Source: Balanoglossus misakiensis (lineage: Eukaryota; Animalia; Hemichordata). From it: 64,000 nucleotides of DNA. The translations under genes were made by a program, and so were the position numbers. The first letter of the stretch is position 1. Each line of letters opens with the position of its first letter. Shown here piece by piece: positions 60,951 through 64,000 of the stretch. Location of the stretch: positions 2,081,830 to 2,145,829 of the forward strand of contig CM082593.2 in NCBI GenBank assembly GCA_040954595.2. The letters run 5' to 3'. The notes below the pieces were generated by a model. The model worked only from the letters and a program-made list of their open reading frames with translations. It searched no databases and was not told where the DNA came from.

Positions 60951-63900
60951 ATTTATGATACGCATGCATTATAAAAAGAAACAGCAAATATGAGTCGATC
61001 CACGTGATGAGAATCCTTGGAAGATGTACCAGTCGATATTCAACACGTCAAATGTCAAAAAGTTTTCTCCTCAAAAAAGAAAAGAAAAAAAGATCCACCA
61101 GCTATCCCCCAGTGACCCCAACTTACTGATTACTGTCAGGACGCCGTGACCCGTATGAATCATAGAAAAGTATATTTGATGTACTTTTGAAAATATCTGC
61201 CGAAGAATTTGGTTGAAAATTTGTCAACTGATACAAGTGTATCAGTTTCTGCAGAACTTTCCATAAACATGTAATATAATAGAGTCCCCTAATTTCAGCC
61301 ATGTAAAAATGCTCGGTGTGTACACTTGATGGAATTTCATCGGAATTGGGTCGGTGGTTTGGAAGAATAGTCTGGCTGTGGTGGCAAAGGTCACACGCCT
61401 TCAATTACTCATCTTCGGTCTGACATTCCACAAACACTTTCCTCTTGAAGTTCAGACTAATCAACATGAGTTGTACGTGTGTCTGCGAGTGATGAGATCT
61501 GCCATTTCAAGGGGTGTGTGTAGGAGGGTGGGTGTGCCCTGAACTTCTTCTTGTACATGATTTCTGGCTTGGTGAAATTCCCAAACCTGTGACTAGGAAT
61601 AGATTGTACATAGACACACCAGGAAGAGATCTTGTCAGTGTAACAACCCATGATGGATACTTTATGTGCAAAAATGAGTCAAATCTACAAAACAAAAATA
61701 TATATAGATAAGTAACACTGCAAACAATAAATCTCATCATCCTCAGCTCTGAAACCTGCTGGCTCTAAAAAAATAACACAGTTTTAAAGCTCAATAATCC
61801 AACAAGGAGCCAGCTAAATATTCCCTTAAATGAGAAATACACATCCAGAAAAATACAACTATAATAATAAGTAGGTTATACTGTGATTATTTTATAAGAA
61901 TAACCATGGCGTACAATATATCCTTGTCTATGAGACTGAGTGAGGGTAATTTAAAGTGGTTTCACAAAAAATCATTTTTTCACTACTATGATACAGGTAT
62001 TCCAAGTCCACATCTTCGCTTGTATTCGGTTAGTTTTAAATGCTTCGTTAGATTTGTGATAATTGGATACTCCACTCCACTCAACCCACACAGAATAGTG
62101 CCGAAAAATAAGCTTAGACCACAAGAGTTAGGTTTTCAGTTGTTGGTTTTTCCCCAACACTGCTCAACATCATGGGTGGATTCTTTCAGGGGGTCTTCGT
62201 AGTATAATCGTCCTCCATTTTTCGGCTGGCTTTTTTGTTACTAAAGGGGATTTTAGTCTCATTCAATCTGCAGGTGATCAATGGTGGGGAACTTTTCAAA
62301 TCTGAGATGTTTTCCAACAAATATTTAAACCTGTCTTTCTTGTTATTTGCTATGATGAACATCACTACAAACAAAGGATATTTTCTAGGCACCCACACAA
62401 ACTCTGGTCAAGTCTAGATTTTGAGCAGAGATGGAAAAACAAACAGCAGCAAACTTAACACTTAAAGAGTCAAGAATCGCATAAATACACACATATTTTT
62501 TTAAAAACTTCAATAAAACAGAAAAATCTACAACTACAGTAAAATTGAAATCTTCAAAATGAAGATAGTTTGATTAGTTATCTTTCATCGCTCTCATTTC
62601 ATAATTATCTGTACTTGACAAGCTCCCCAGAAATAAAGAACATCTGTAACTTCGATAGCCCTTGTGAGAATAGAGATTTTCAGAAATATATAGAAACACC
62701 AAATCTAGTATCAGAAAGTCGCACTTCAAAAATATCAAAGGCTTGATCAGAAAAAAATGCCGAACAAGAAAAAGAGAGCAATATAGATCAGATCTAAAGG
62801 TTGGATAAAACTCAAACTTTCAGAAAGATATACAAATGAGTTAAAAATAAAACACTTCTCCAAACTTTATCTTCGTCGGCATAACATCATAAACAAAACA
62901 TTTTCCAGAAAAAAGCAACCATCATAATACACACAAGAAACCTAGTTGGAAAATTTTCAACACGTCTAAAAATAGATAATTATACACTTCAACCTCTTTT
63001 TATATTTTTTCTCAATTACTCTCAAGCAAGATATATATAGCTAAATACACATAAAAAACCTTACACATTACACATCTATGGTTGAAAAACACAAAACAGA
63101 AACGAAGTCGCTGGGTCTAGAATCATGAAGTTAAAAGACAGGGCATGAGGGTTTCTTGTGAGATGTTTCCAGTGGAAAGCTGATACAGTTGTGGTTGTGT
63201 CAGGGGGCTTATCATTTACCATTTCTACAGTTGTTTATCTCATTAAAACAGTTATTTTTGGTCATTTAATCTGCACAAACACTGAAACTCCTGAAGGAAT
63301 GTTGAACAGGCCATAGAGTGCATTCATTTATAGTAGACAACTTCAAAATGTCCAACCTGGAACTTTTTTCATATCGTTCATTTTAGGCTTTTCTTAGAAA
63401 ACAAAAGCAGATATCCAGGATCTTGACATTGGTTTAGGATTTAAGGGACCACAATCTTCCCAAATTTACTGATATTTGAAAGAGCTTTCATTTATCTGAA
63501 AACCAGTTCCCCAGGTACTTTCACCATTTTTGGGAACTTAAATTTCCTTTGGCTGAATCAATTGTCCTTTGCACTCAAGCCAATATCGTGGCATAACATA
63601 CAAAATCAGATTATTAAATATTATACACCTGGTGGATATAAGAACCTCATACGATTTTTATAATCTTTGTCACAAAATTACCTCATTGAGTTTTCGTTGA
63701 ATGAAATTTCACCACATTTTTTACTCGTTGACAAAATTTCTCAACATTCATGGCTTCTGGCAAGTAACAAATAATTATGAAATGAGAGCCATGTACATCA
63801 TTCTCCATTTTCCACTTTTCCCTTTTCGGCAGAATTTCCACTTTACAATTTATGTCTTCTGTTACATTTGAAAATGAATAGCGAGGGTGAATCAAGATTT

Positions 63901-64000
63901 TTAATGAGCTCAGCTTTTGTGTATGTTCAGCTCCCACTTGCAATGCGTTGTAGCTGCCCGATTCTGTTTATAAACAATGTATTTACATAACAACTGGATT

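Overview
AT-rich, intron-containing animal genomic DNA. An invertebrate deuterostome is plausible from gene content and repeat style, but this is inference only. Left arm (0.7-14 kb): a compact cluster of four lipid/glycan metabolic genes: an ELO-family fatty-acid elongase (+), an SLC35A-type nucleotide-sugar transporter (+), a GT32/DxD alpha-1,4-glycosyltransferase (-) and an 8-exon extended-SDR (dihydroflavonol/aldehyde-reductase-like) gene (+). Centre (16.7-34.9 kb): two adjacent satellite arrays. One is a composite of 59-bp monomers punctuated 15 times by a ~177-bp AT-rich spacer; the other is a 152-bp hairpin-rich satellite; both show higher-order duplications. An inverted paralog of the SDR gene follows (37.5-40.3 kb, -); its stop codon and proximal 3' UTR match the opposite strand of the first copy's 3' flank. 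Right arm: an intronless rhodopsin-class GPCR (+) and a convergent 14-exon polycystin-1-like gene (-) with signal peptide, GPS, TM1, PLAT and TM2-5 that appears to stop before the TOP/channel module. Exon models were built by hand from splice signals and reading-frame phase. No database searches were run.
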